Translations under genes and position numbers: made by a program | Part shown: positions 11,428 through 24,012 of the stretch, one piece after another | Layout of the letters: the number at the start of each line of letters is the position of its first letter | How positions within the stretch are numbered: position 1 is the first letter of the stretch | The notes under the pieces: model-generated | Database searches by the model: none | Told to the model about the DNA's origin: nothing | The model's input: only the letters and a program-made list of their open reading frames with translations | Assembly: GCF_963676685.1 (NCBI RefSeq) | Contig: NC_092347.1 | Coordinates: forward strand, 19,282,001 to 19,346,000 | DNA length: 64,000 nucleotides | Source of the DNA: Mytilus edulis | Taxonomy: Eukaryota | Direction of reading: 5' to 3'

Positions 11428-12142
11428 TTTAACATTTATGTACAAACACAGTCAATATAAATGAACATACGAGTAAAATGATAATTTTAGACATCAAGTT
11501 GTACATGTAAACCTAATTGCTGGTTAACAGCCTAGAAATGTAAAATTGTATATTGACAACAATGAAGTACTGACAGGATGATTTGTCGTACAGAGGGTAA
11601 CATTTGCGTAGCAAAAATACTTATCTCCAAATAATTTTGCATTATATATTTACATATTTCAAACTAAGGTATGCATTTAAGATGCTGTTGTTTATTGTGT
11701 GTTCTTTTTATAAATCTCCTTTCAGAAGAAGTTTGATTCACCACCGAATGTTGTATTAAAAAACAAAATATATTCATAGAAAATTTCATGTTAGAGGAAT
11801 TTATAGATATTGGACATTGAATGTTAGTAATTTCTTTAACCAAACATTCCTCCGTATGATTAAATAAAGACGAAAGTAGTAATAAGTCAAAAGTATCAGA
11901 GACGAGGATATTGTGTTATGATAAATATTGTGTTATGATAAATATTGTGGCTTATCTGAAATCCACTGCTCCTTTATGTGCACCTTAATTTTTTCAATAA
12001 TTGGAACAAAGTGATTAAAGTTTACCAGATACCCTCCGAAGTGAACTTGGTTTACCTCTATCTTTATTTATCACATACACAGTGAACTCGATCTACCTGT
12101 ATGTGTTTATCAGATACACGTCGAGGTGAGCTCAATCTACTT

Positions 12143-14276
12143 CACGGCCGACACTCGGCTAACCGAGACATTGGTCGGTTAATCTGTATTGAGGATGCTG
12201 CTATATGGGCGGTTGGTCTGTTAATCGTGTTGGTTATACGTCTGTTAAGAGTAAAACGCAAAATTTAATGTAAAATTCTGTTAAATATACAGAATTTTAG
12301 CATATTATAAGAACCAAATCAAAAAAGAAAAATGTCTGACAAAAAGATATTTTCCACCTGTAAAAACTTTTATAGTCTATGCAGTTTTCAGAAAAAACAA
12401 AAAGGCGTCGCGCAGGTATGTAGTATTTATGCTTATACGCATAGAAACTTTTTTAATAAAAGGCGAAACAAACAATTTTTAGATATCATTTAAAGAACAC
12501 AAAATAGTACTTTGGTTCTAACAAATACATTTATATTAGTAAATATTTCATAATTGTAATATAACGTGAATAATACCACGTTATGTTGAAAATTATGGGA
12601 ATAAAGTCTGTAAATGGGTTGGACAATAAAAATTATGTCAGTTAAGAGTTATTCAGCCACGATAATTGTTTTACTACCTTTATACTTTCCCATTGAAAAG
12701 TTAAGAATGAGATGTTCTTGAGTTAAAAAAAAAATGACAATACGGTGCAACAGAATCCTTCTAGTATGAGCATTTTAATTTTGACTTTCTTTGCATTTTA
12801 TTGAAGGGTGTGTCACTTCAATATAGCGTGATATGGATTGGCAGCTGGAATATGCATGAATTTATTATTAACGTTTTCAATCAGCCTTAATTTTTGTGTC
12901 TGTTCAAAGTAGCACGTTCTAAATTCCAACTGAAAGTGTATTTCTAATACAACACAGGGTACATATAACGTGTTGTCGTTCTCATATGCACATGATATTT
13001 GTTACTGTACGTTAAACCCTAGTTCGTCAGCATCATCCAATTGGTTCTTTTCTTCTATTACTTAATCATATGTTGTTTACAAGGCTCCGTGTTGAAGGCC
13101 GTACTTTAACCTATAATGGTTTACTTTTTAAATTGTTATTTGTATGGAGAGTTGTCTCATTGGCACTCACACCACATCTTCCTATATCTATTTACAAATC
13201 ATTCTAAAAAAGTAAATGGAAAGGAGCGAATGCAGCTACATTTGGTTCTCTAAAGTTTTAATTTATTTTATTCCGTTTAGTTCCTTTCTACATAAGTGCA
13301 GAGGAGAACTGCAGTTGTCCGCATGTAAACTTCTAGCATTTATCACCAATTTGAGTACATCGCAATCCGTTACTGTTTCAACACTATGCAGGGGTGTTTC
13401 ATGTCTGTATTCTTGAATAATTATTATTTTTTCTCTCTTTTTTAGCAATGCATCATTCTCTACTATCCTTATCTATTATTCTATACTCTGCGTCTCCATC
13501 CAGATTATCGTGTAAACCATGAGGGTTCGGTTTGGGGGTGATGTGTATTTCTGTATTCTTTAAGTGATGCCAATTTTCTCTACATTTTATTTATCTTACT
13601 CATTATTCTTTCACTATTCTTTATATTCTAGCATCCCAATATATTTTACTTACTGATGTTTAGTTACATTACGACGTTTATCTCTGATTTATATACTGGT
13701 TACTAATGTAGATGACAAATTGGTGTCATTCATGACAACTAAACAGAATCCACATGATAGATGCGACCATTCTTCGACATATTTTAAACAGACCAGGCTT
13801 TAAATAAAAATTGATTAAAATCACCACAATACAGATTTTCGTGTAGATTTTCCACACAATGATAAAAATATGGTTAGCAAACATAATGCCTGTCTTTTTT
13901 CGATGTTCGAAATATTGCATGCAAGTAAATTCAACCAATGTGTAATTTGTTGTACATTTTGTGTGTGTAAAATGTGTAAAAAATTATTGATGAGTAACCC
14001 GCCTTTTCATTTTATAGATCGTTTATCGAAGCTAGAAAAAAAATTACACCACTGGATTCAGTACATCAAATAGTTCTGTCAGACATGAATAGTTTTTATG
14101 ATAAAAATATATTTAAAAAGTTATACAATGAAACATACTGAACTTGCAATGATTATCTCGATAACACCTGATTAACAGACTTAAGCCAACCCGATTAACA
14201 GACCAACCGCCGATATAGCCGCATACTCAATACATATTAACCGACCAATCTCTCGGTTAGCCGAGTTCCGGCCGTG
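12143..14276. mobile_element. Non-autonomous DNA transposon, CAC...GTG termini, ~100-bp TIRs, 5-bp TSD TACTT (Transib/RAG-like signature)
   Basis: TACTT|CACGGCCGACACTCGGCTAACCGAGA ... TCTCGGTTAGCCGAGTTCCGGCCGTG|TACTT; TIR similarity spans ~12143-12248 vs 14172-14276; no transposase ORF seen. Confidence 0.88.
13070..13190 (-). repeat. Dispersed repeat family A fragment nested in the CAC...GTG element
   Basis: GTTGAAGGCCGTAC...GAGAGTTGTCTCATTGGCACTCACACCACATCTT is the reverse complement of the 61601 head. Confidence 0.75.
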
Positions 14277-16194
14277 TACTTGCATTCGTTTATCATGCTG
14301 ATACTTTCTGCGGAAAATTTTATCTACATGTATGTGTTCTATAGTTAAACATATCGATTTGTTCTCGATTATATCAGTATGAATTTGGTCTTGCATGACG
14401 CTGTGTACTCAATACCGGTATGTGTGAAAACGTAATTCTCCTTAATGTCATGGTTTACCTCAAGTTATTTCATAAATCCACCCCTATTAATTTCAATATG
14501 TTTGTGAAATTTTGGAAAATTACGTTAAACTAAGCAAAACTTAAAACTATATTTAACAATGGAATTCTAAATAATGTTCCAATGAATGTTTTTCATTTTA
14601 ATATTTTTTGCATGTTCCATAGCCTGAAAAAATATTTATAAAGAAAAAACAGTTTCTATTGAATAACAAGCTTATTAAGTTAATAGAAGGATTGGCAAGC
14701 AAATCTTAATATGTTTTATGCTGCAGAGTAAATGTGTTTACCTATTGATACTTTGTATAAAGTTCTTGCTTTGTGATGATATTCGCTATTGACTTTACTG
14801 ATAGGAATTATAATCACTGATTGAATCACATGATCTTTTTTTATATATTTTTTAATGATCACACTATTCAGGAATGTACAGCCGAATAACATTTTATGTA
14901 AGATACATCATTGAAAACTCATTCAAAAAGTTGTTGTAGAACCAAGAAAATACGATTTAACTTATCGACCAAACAAAAAATATTTTTTGAAATATTTACT
15001 TTGAAACTAACTGTGAAAATATAAACTTCAAAAATATGCATTTGTTTTTTTTCTAATCAACACTCTTCTTCTTATCAGTCCATTAGAAGATGCATTTTCA
15101 TATTAAATATTTTCTTTTCTTTTTTGCCAAAGAATTTGTTGGGACTTTGACTTTGCAAAAAAACATTATTGTTAAGTAAAATTTTATTTGTAGCTTTCCT
15201 ATCATTAATGTGAATAAAGATAAACCTTCAATGATTTGTAAATATTGAATGAACGAAGGAATGTCTACAACGTACAAACTTGTTTTTAACTCAGTCGTTA
15301 TATAGAGTATTGGTGTTTGTTGTTGTTTCATCGTCAGGATGTGAACTTTGGGTTCATTTTTTATGACTTTCCTTACATAACGCGTTCATTATTCATTCAA
15401 ATAAAGAATAATCTTATTGCAATCCTTCGGTTATAAAAATTCTTATCCATGAAGTACAATTTCTTGAGAATGTCATTGATTACATTTTATGTAACCATTA
15501 AAAGGAAGCCCGTATTAAACGAGAAATACCATTTCACTTAGAAAGAGTTTCTTCTTCTACCATGAAAGGTTGTTAACAACTTATGACGCTAATTTAATGG
15601 CCAATTTGAATTTTTGACGCGTTCTGCAGCAAACTATTGGTAAACATTGCATTTATGCGTCAAAGTGAGAAAAGGAATTATGAATCTTCAATTTACGAGC
15701 TGTCCTGGTTATTCTCATTTTATTCAGATTGTATATTTACAACTTCAAAACAGTAACTTGATTTAAGCTATTCTAATAATGATTGAATGAAATGTATGCT
15801 CTATCCTCAATGCATAAGAACGGCCAATGTTAAACATTCTTCAGTTTGTTTATATTCGTTACACTAGTGTAATGTGTCCATATAATAAATATATTCAAGC
15901 AATTTCATGATAAATTAAAGATGATTATACTTAGGTGAAATTTAAAGAATGTAGATTTTAAAATTGATACCACAAACCGAAAGAGCATAATTTAAGGAAC
16001 AAAATAAGCTAATAATATTGATAGGTAATGGAGCTCCCTTTCGGGATATTTGAAATTTAAAAAAAAAAACCTTGATTTAATTTTCATAAGAAGCCGACAC
16101 CGGAATAAGAAATAGTCGCCAACCCGTCGACTAAAGCTATCGAGTACCGGATTATGTGCATTGTGTTGGATTCTTTTATGGTTTTCTCTGTCCT

Positions 16195-16555
16195 GAATGT
16201 TCTTGTATCTATTTGTACTGTAGTCCTGTCCTGTAATGTTGTCATTTTAGTATTATATTTAACATTGCCATACAAGCGCGAGGTTTGGCTAGATGCAAAA
16301 CCAGGTTCAACCCACTATTTTTTCTTTAAATGTCCTGTACCAAGTTAGGAAAGTAGCAGTTGTTATCTTATAGTTCGTTTCTGTGTGTGTTGCATTGTCG
16401 TTTGGTTTTTTGTTGAACTTCCGTGTTTCTGTTGTTTCGTTGTGTACATCTTGTAGCTGATGTGTTTATCCAAATTTTAGTTTGTAACCCGGATTTGTTT
16501 TCTCTCAATCGTTTTATGACTTTCGAACAGCTGTATACTACTGTTGCCTTTATTT
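16195..16555 (-). repeat. Dispersed repeat family C copy
   Basis: Reverse-complement similarity to 59362-59900 (TATACTACTGTTGCCTTTATTT end; AATGTCCTGTACCAAGT core). Confidence 0.75.
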
Positions 16556-18400
16556 AACATACGGGAACAAGCGAAATGACGCAAGTACTGAAGTATACTA
16601 AAATACGTTGTTGTTGGCAGTGTTTTGGGGTGAAGTTTTAAAATAATCAAAAATGTTTTCTTGGTAATGTGTCACAGAATGAATTTTCAAGTAAATTATT
16701 TGAAACTTGATCAATCTTGGATGTAATTGAACGAGGAACATGACACATTTTGATTCGAAAATTATTTAGGGTGATGTGTTTTGAGTGAAAATAAAACAAA
16801 TATCCATCAGAGACCAAAATAAGTCAATGAGTCGCAACCAAACGGCATACAAAACAAAACAGCATCCTGAGGTCAACCACTGTCTTCATCAATATACAAT
16901 GTCTATACTATACTTCAATGCTAATTTTGTTCATTTACTTTGCAGAACTTAATTTAATGTTAGTACGAATTTAGTTTAAATACAATATCTTCCTTATTAT
17001 ACATGCGTTATTTGACATTAAAAGTGAGACAAACAACTTTCAATCAATCGACCAAAAGATGTTTCAAAATAAACTAACAATAAACCTACGCCAATGGCAA
17101 GTCAACCACGTGGAAATCCGGTACGTTTCCCCCCTAAATGTCATTACATATTGTGATTGATACGTATAAACATTAATGTTGCAGTAATCTTCTATCTGTT
17201 AAAAACACCACACTTCATTAAACAGGGATATTGGATGTGGCTTCGATGAAATGTCTGTTTGAATGAATAAAGATCCTTTCTGTTTTTTGCTTTATGTGAG
17301 ATAGTCTAATGCTGTCTAAGTATTTGTATATTTTTGGCCAAATCCTATGCTTGCTGTATATGCATTATTTTTTTTTTACCTGTACCAAGTCAGGAATATG
17401 ACAGTTGTTATCAAATCATTTGATGTGTTTGAGCTTTTGATTTTGCCATTTGATTAGACGCTTTCCGTTTTGATTTTGCTCGGAGTTCAGAATTTTTTTT
17501 TACTTCTTAGCTACAAATCTATTGAATAATTAACGAACTTGATTTTGTCCGCCATTACAAGAGGGAAAACATGCATCTTTAAAATAGTTTGACTTGTTTC
17601 CAAACGTCATTGGATCGACCATCGTAAGATTAAGGTCACTAACGATTTGTAAACAGTCGATACATTTATTCTTTCTGTTTGTTCATCCTTTGATTTGAAA
17701 TAGTATAATGATCTTAAACAAATTCTTTATCATACTTTGATGTAGGTAATATACATACCAGTATGTATTGTTGTTTTCGCAACTAATTGGTGGTTATCAA
17801 AACGGTTTTCTTTTTAAGTTGAAGATGTAAGTAGTTTTCAATATTATCTGTTAACTCTGCATGTCTCTACCGCATAGTAATCTATGTTATCATAAAATTC
17901 CAGCATTTGTATAAAAGGTGTAAGTGCAAGGTGGTAAAATAAACCAAGCCAACTATCTATTTGTAAGAGAAAGCTTTAAATGTTATACTAGGATATAACG
18001 TTGAAGTAAAAACAAAAATCAATTATAAAGTCTAACTTTTACTCTGATCGAGAGAAAAAAATAGATGTTTTAAGTTTAATGTAAATAAACACAACCAATG
18101 CATGTCCAAAAACCTAAATCATATTAACACATTGCTGACATTTACAGATATATCTGTTTGACATGGTATACGTAACTTTGAAGTTAGCTGCCTCTCTTTG
18201 TACACTGAGGTTTTTCTAGTATAAGGTTAAAGGCACCATTCCTCTTGTGATCATACAAGTAATCACTATGGTTATTTTGTTTAGAATGTTGCATCCACAA
18301 CTGTTGTTACTCATGAAGCTCCTGAGATATTGCAATAAATTCTAAAATGAATCCTAAATATTAAAATTTGAATTACAAAAACAGGAATGTTGTGTTGACC

Positions 18401-18789
18401 AATGTTTGCTTGTCATGTTTTGAAATTTTTGTCAGATTTTCGAAATCCTCTGGTTTTATCCATTTGAATGCCTTAAAAAAAATTTGCCCATGAACCCCCA
18501 TTTTTCTTTTTATAAATCTTTTAGATGTATAATGATAAGCCATCTGTTAAAGTCTTATAAAATCTTGTTTATCTTTTAATAGTTTTTGAGAACTTTAACT
18601 GGTCAATGATAAAGCTCTGAAAAGTCAAGAGAGAACATTTGTCCGCCAAAATTTCAATGGATAATATCTCGTAAATAAGCACATTGACCCCTATATTTTT
18701 TTGGCTTTTTTTATTCCTCAATAATCCCCTATCAATATATACTAGTGTAATGGAAAGCTATTTATTTTGAAACTGAGCAGCGAACTTCC
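18401..18789. mobile_element. Probable TTAA-target MITE with degenerate left end
   Basis: Right end GCGAACTTCC|TTAA; left end AATGTTTGCT only weakly matches and lacks TTAA. Confidence 0.45.
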
Positions 18790-19287
18790 TTAATGAAAAT
18801 GGTTCCATGAATACCAAATACCCTACTGTTAACATAAACTTTAATCAGCAATCGTCTTTGTTAAGAAGACATTTCTTTTCATGTTTTTTTTATGGAGTGT
18901 AAAATAAATTCTCAATTTTACTTAATTTTGTACCGCTGATATAACAACAGTATAAACACACGAAGTTGCTCATGTTAGTATGGATTGAAAAGTTCTTAGA
19001 AATTGCCTCTCGTGTGAAATACATTGAGTGGAAATTGTTCCTACATATTTTTATATAATAGTCTTCCAAGTCAGATCTTTTGTTTGCTTTTGATGCAATT
19101 TTTATGATTGAGTTGACTTATAGCCCTATTTATGTTGATTATCAAAGGACTATCATTCAAAATTATGCTTATATTTATAACCGGTAATCACATAGTTAAT
19201 ACAACATTGACATCTTTTAAATCGTTTTATCAAATATATGTGGGCAATGTTTTAGTACTGACCTTAACAAAAATCATCGTCGCTTAC

Positions 19288-20530
19288 ATTCGGACTTGGT
19301 TCTTTGTTGTGTCATCATGCGCGGTTCCTCTTTGTTTCAACGAACTAAGTCGTCAATTGTATCATCGAGCTTGGTACTTTATTGTGTCATCCAATGTGGT
19401 TCCCCGTTGTTTCAACGGACTTAGTTGTTGATTGTATCATCGGGCTTGGTACTTTGTTGTCTACAATCGGGCTTGGTACTTTGTTGTGTCATCCAATGTG
19501 GTTCATCGGTGTTTCAACGGACTAAGTTGTTAATTGTATCATCATGCTTAGTACTTTGTTGTCTACAGTCGGGCTTGGTACTTTGTTGTCTACAATCGGG
19601 CTTGGTACTTTGTTGTCTACAATCGGACTTGCTTCTTTGTTGTGTCATCCAATGTGGTTCCTCGTTGTTTCAACGGACTAAGTTGTTGATTGTATCATCG
19701 GACTTGGTTCTTCGTTGTCTCGTCCAACTTGGTTCTTCGTTGTCTCATCGTAATTAGTTCTTCGTTGTTTCATCGGACTTGGTTCTTCGTTGTATCATCG
19801 GACTTGGTTCTTCGTTGTCTCATCGAAATTAGTTCTTCGTTGTATCATCGGACTTAGTTCTTCAGTGTATCATCGGACTTAGTTCTTCGTTGTTTCATCG
19901 GACTTGGTTCTTCGTTGCATCATCGGACTTGGTTCTTCGTTGTCTCATCGAAATTAGTTCTTCGTTATATCATCGAACTTGGTTCTTCGTTGTCTCGTCC
20001 AACTTGGTTCTTCGTTGTCTATCGAATTCGGTTTTTCGTTGATTAATCGAACTTGGTTCTTCGTTGTCTCATCGAACTTGGTTCTTCGTTGTCTCATCGG
20101 ACTTGGTTCTTCGTTGTATCATCGAACTTGGTTCTTCATTGTCTCATCGTAATTAGTTCTTCGTTGTTTCATCGGACTTGGTTCTTCGTTGTATCATCGG
20201 ACTTGGTTCTTCGTTGTCTCATCGAAATTAGTTCTTCGTTTTATCATCGGACTTAGTTCTTCAGTGTATCATCGAACTTGGTTATTCGTTGTATCATCGA
20301 ACTTGGTTCTTCGTTGTATCATCAAACTTGGTTCTTCGTTGTATCATCGAACTTGGTTCTTCGTTGTATCATCAAACTTGTTTCTGCGTTGTATCATCGG
20401 CTTTTGTTCTTCTTGTCTTATCGGACTTTGTTCTTCGTTGTATCTCATAGATCTTTGTTCTGGTTGAATTATAGGACTCCGTTATTCGTTGTACGTGTCG
20501 TATATAGCGCACTTGCTTCTTCGTTGTTTC
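19288..20530. repeat. 25-bp minisatellite (TCGGACTTGGTTCTTCGTTGTATCA)n, roughly 50 units
   Basis: CATCG recurs at 19746, 19771, 19796; 27-bp variant units in the 5' part; degenerate edges. Confidence 0.95.
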
Positions 20531-21509
20531 GTTACCAAGTGTAGAGTCCTTATACACAGGAAATGGCATTAGCAACAAGAAATAAATTTTTAGAAAGGAA
20601 AATATTCTTTTGTTCACGTTTAATGCATATTTCTGAACATTGCTAATTTTCTTCTATTCAAATTTCATTATCATATGCTCTTTATATTTAGTGATTGTCA
20701 TTGTGTTACTTTATGACATGAAATAATTAACCAAGTCTGTATTCTGTTTCGTAGCTGAACTTTCGGCACGAAATTCCATGGAAGCCAATAATAGAAACCT
20801 GTTAATAAAATAAATGGCACTAAATATCGAGTTACAAACCGTGGTAATGCAACAACAATGTCTAATGAAACTATTCATGATTAAAAAAGATGTTTTGTTG
20901 TGTGACATAGAAAAGAAAACATGCTGTGATGAATGCTAAACAGAATATATAACGAGCTATATTCAGCATTACATGGCAGATGTGTGTTTAGAGGTACAAG
21001 TCTCAGAGATGGCGAAACAAACAATTATATTGTTATATTCAAACACAAATACCAAAGGAGGTTTGCTACGTAGATACAAGATAACTTGAACTTTAATCTT
21101 TCAGTCAAAGCAATTTTACTTTGAAAGACAAAAAAATATTCGGGTGAGGATTATTTTGTAAAGAAAAACATATTATTGTAAAATAAGATATCAATAATGG
21201 TACCAGGGTCTAAAAAAAAAAAAAAAAAAAAGATGAACGATATGTTGATGAATGTTGACATTTCATATCTACACTCACAGGAAACGTATTGTCACAATTT
21301 TAAAGACGGATAAATAAAACGCCATCCGTAGTTTCGTCCGTTGGTTCAATTTTAATATACTGTATGTTAATTATCAGTTTTGACACAATCATCACAAATT
21401 TTATAACATTCCATAACTTCATTAATTTGTTTATAAGACGAACCAGTACAATTTCTCTCCTGTAGTTCAAAATGACAAAAAATGTGCATGTAACCTCGTG
21501 ATGGCCGTC

Positions 21510-21799
21510 TTTATGTATGTGCCTGTCCCAAGTCAGGAGCCTGTAATTCAGTGGTTGTCTTTTATTGCTGTGTTACATATTTGTTTTTCGTTCTTTTCTA
21601 TTACATTAATTAGGCTATAAGTTTTTCTCGTTTAAATTGCTTTACATTTTCTCATTTTGAGGCCTTTTTTATCTGACTATGCGGAATGGGCTTTGCTCAT
21701 TGTTGAAGGCAACTATGTTGACCCAAAGTGTTAATGTCTATGTCGTTAATGGTCTCTTTTGAAAAGTTGTCTCATTGGCAATCATATCACATCTCCTTT
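21510..21799 (-). repeat. Dispersed repeat family A copy
   Basis: GTGCCTGTCCCAAGTCAGGAGCCTGTAATTCAGTGGTTGTC...TTGTCTCATTGGCAATCATATCACATC, reverse complement of 61601-61890. Confidence 0.85.
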
Positions 21800-23677
21800 T
21801 TAGCTCACCTGGCCTAAAAGGCCATGTGAGCTTTTCTCATCACTTGGCGTCGTCGTCGTCGTCGTCTGTCGTCGTTAACAATTTTTCAAACATCTTCTCC
21901 TCTGAAACTACTGAATGGATTTGAATGAAACTTAGCATGATTGTTCCTTAGATTATCCTGCACAAAGTGTGTGCTTCGATTTTTGATCCGTCAAAAAACA
22001 TGGCCGCCGTTACTTAAAATAGAACATAGGGGTCAAATGCAGTTTTTGGATTATATCTCAAAAACAAAAGCATTTAGAGAAAATCTGACGGAGTTTAAAT
22101 GTTCATTAGGTCAAGATCTATCAGCCCTGACATTTTCAGATGAATCAAACAAACTATTGTTGGGTTGCTGCCACTTAATTGGTAATTTTAAGGAAATTTT
22201 GCAGTTTTTGGTCATTATCTTGAATATTATTATAGATAAAGATAAACTGTAAACAGCAAAAATGATCAGCAAAGTAAGATCTACAAATAAGTTAATATGA
22301 CCAAAATTGTCAATTGACCCCTTAAGGGGTTATTGTCCTTTAATGACAATTTTTCACAATTTGTTCATCACATTTGCTAACTTTAAAAAATCTTCTCCTC
22401 TGAAACTACTGAATGGATTTGGATGAAACTTAGCATGATTGTTTCTTAGATTATCCTGCACAAAGTGTGTGCTTCGATTTTTGATCCGTCAAAAAACATG
22501 GCCGCCGTTACTTAAAATAGAACATAGGGGTCAAATGCAGTTTTTGGCTTATATCTTAAAAACGAAAGCATTTAGAGCAAATCTGACAGGGGTAAAAATG
22601 TTCATTAGGTCAAGATCTATCAGCCCTGACATTTTCAGATGAATCAAACAAACCATTGTTGGGTTGCTGCCACTTAATTGGTAATTTTAAGGAAATTTTG
22701 CAGTTTTTGGTCATTATCTTGAATATTATTATAGATAAAGATAAACTGTAAACAGCAAAAATGATCAGCAAAGTAAGATCTACAAATAAGTTATTATGAC
22801 CAAAATTGTCAATTGACCCCTTAAGGGATTATTGTCCTTTAATGACAATTTTTCACAATTTGTTCATCATATTTGCTAACTTTAAAAAATCTTCCCCTCT
22901 AAAACTACTAAACCAAATTTAACCAAACTTCAACTGAATAATCAGTAGGGTGTATAAAATAAAGTTTGTGCTTTATTTTTTATTTCGTCAAAAAACATGG
23001 CCGTCATGGCTAAAAATAGAACACAGGGTAAAATGCAGTTTTTGGCTTATATCTCAAAAACTCCAGCATTTAGAGCAAATAAGACAAGAAGTTAAAGTAT
23101 TTATTAGGTCAAGGTCTACCTGTCCTGAAATTTTCAGCCGAATTGGGTAACTGGTTTTTCAGGTATAATGCCCCTGAATTGATGATTTTAAAGAAATTTT
23201 GCAGTTTTTGGTTATTATCTTGAATATTATTATAGATACAGATAAACTGTTAATAGCAAAAATGTTAAGCAAAGTAAGATCTACAAATAAGTCAATTTGA
23301 CCAAAATTGTCAATTGACCCCTTAATGAGTTATTGCCCTTTAAAGACTTTTTTCACAATTTGTTCATCATGTTGACTTACATGTACTTTTAAAAATCTTC
23401 TCCTTTGAAACTGCTGTATCAATTTCAGCCAAACTTAGGCTAAATGAGTTTCAGAGTATCTAGTATAAATTTTATATTTCATTTCCTTGTATGTAAGAAA
23501 CATAGCTCCTATGGCTAAAATAGAACATAGGAGAAAATGATTTTTTTTTTTGCTTTTGAAGAAAATAGGACGATTCAAAGAACATTTAAATAAATTGAAA
23601 AGCCAAAATAATCATTGATGAGAGATTTAACCAAAAAAATTAAGGTGAGCGATTCAGGCTCTTGAGAGCCTCTTGTT
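21800..23677 (+). mobile_element. Helentron-associated non-autonomous element (HINE/DINE-1-like) with ~500-bp internal tandem repeats
   Basis: 5' subterminal AGCTCACCTG within hairpin 21802-21832, (GTC)n 21849-21874, units starting 21893/22391/22890/23396, 3' AGGTGAGC 23643-23650, 3' hairpin AGGCTCTTGAGAGCCT 23656-23671, inserted in a T tract. Confidence 0.88.
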
Positions 23678-23777
23678 ATATTTAATTGAGATTGGTTACT
23701 TGTATTTGACAACAAATGTATATGAAAATGAACATACTGTCACAGTGTATTTAAGTACGCACAATCTTCAGCGGAGG

Positions 23778-24012
23778 AACAGGCCTCGGTGGCCGAGTGG
23801 ACTAGGTAAAAAAAAGTACTACTGTAATCACTAGCCAATCAACACTGAGGTTGTCAGTTCGAACCCCGCTCGTGCGGGTGCACTCGATTCCAATCTTAAT
23901 TGACTAGAATTGTCAGTTTTCCTATCGAAGGTCGGTGGTTGTCTCCGGGCACTCCGGCTTCCTCCGACTACAAAAACTGACCGCCGCAAAATAACCAAAA
24001 ATTAAAAAGTCA
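23778..24012 (+). mobile_element. tRNA-derived SINE with V-domain-like core and 15-bp TSD
   Basis: A box TGGCCGAGTGG, B box AGTTCGAACCC, core GGTTGTCTCCGGGCACTCCGGCTTCCTCC, A-rich tail; flanked by AATCTTCAGCGGAGG (23763-23777) / AATCTACAGCGGAGG (24013-24027). Confidence 0.85.

Noticed and set aside
19132-20617. Several 67-110 aa ORFs with repetitive sequence
   Set aside because: Translations of the 25-bp minisatellite; unit is not a multiple of three and frames shift.
21941-23150. Three similar ORFs (MFLRLSCTKC...)
   Set aside because: Products of the ~500-bp internal repeats of the HINE; frames not conserved between units.
23782-23870. Possible tRNA gene
   Set aside because: Has A/B boxes but no proper cloverleaf and continues into a SINE body with TSD.
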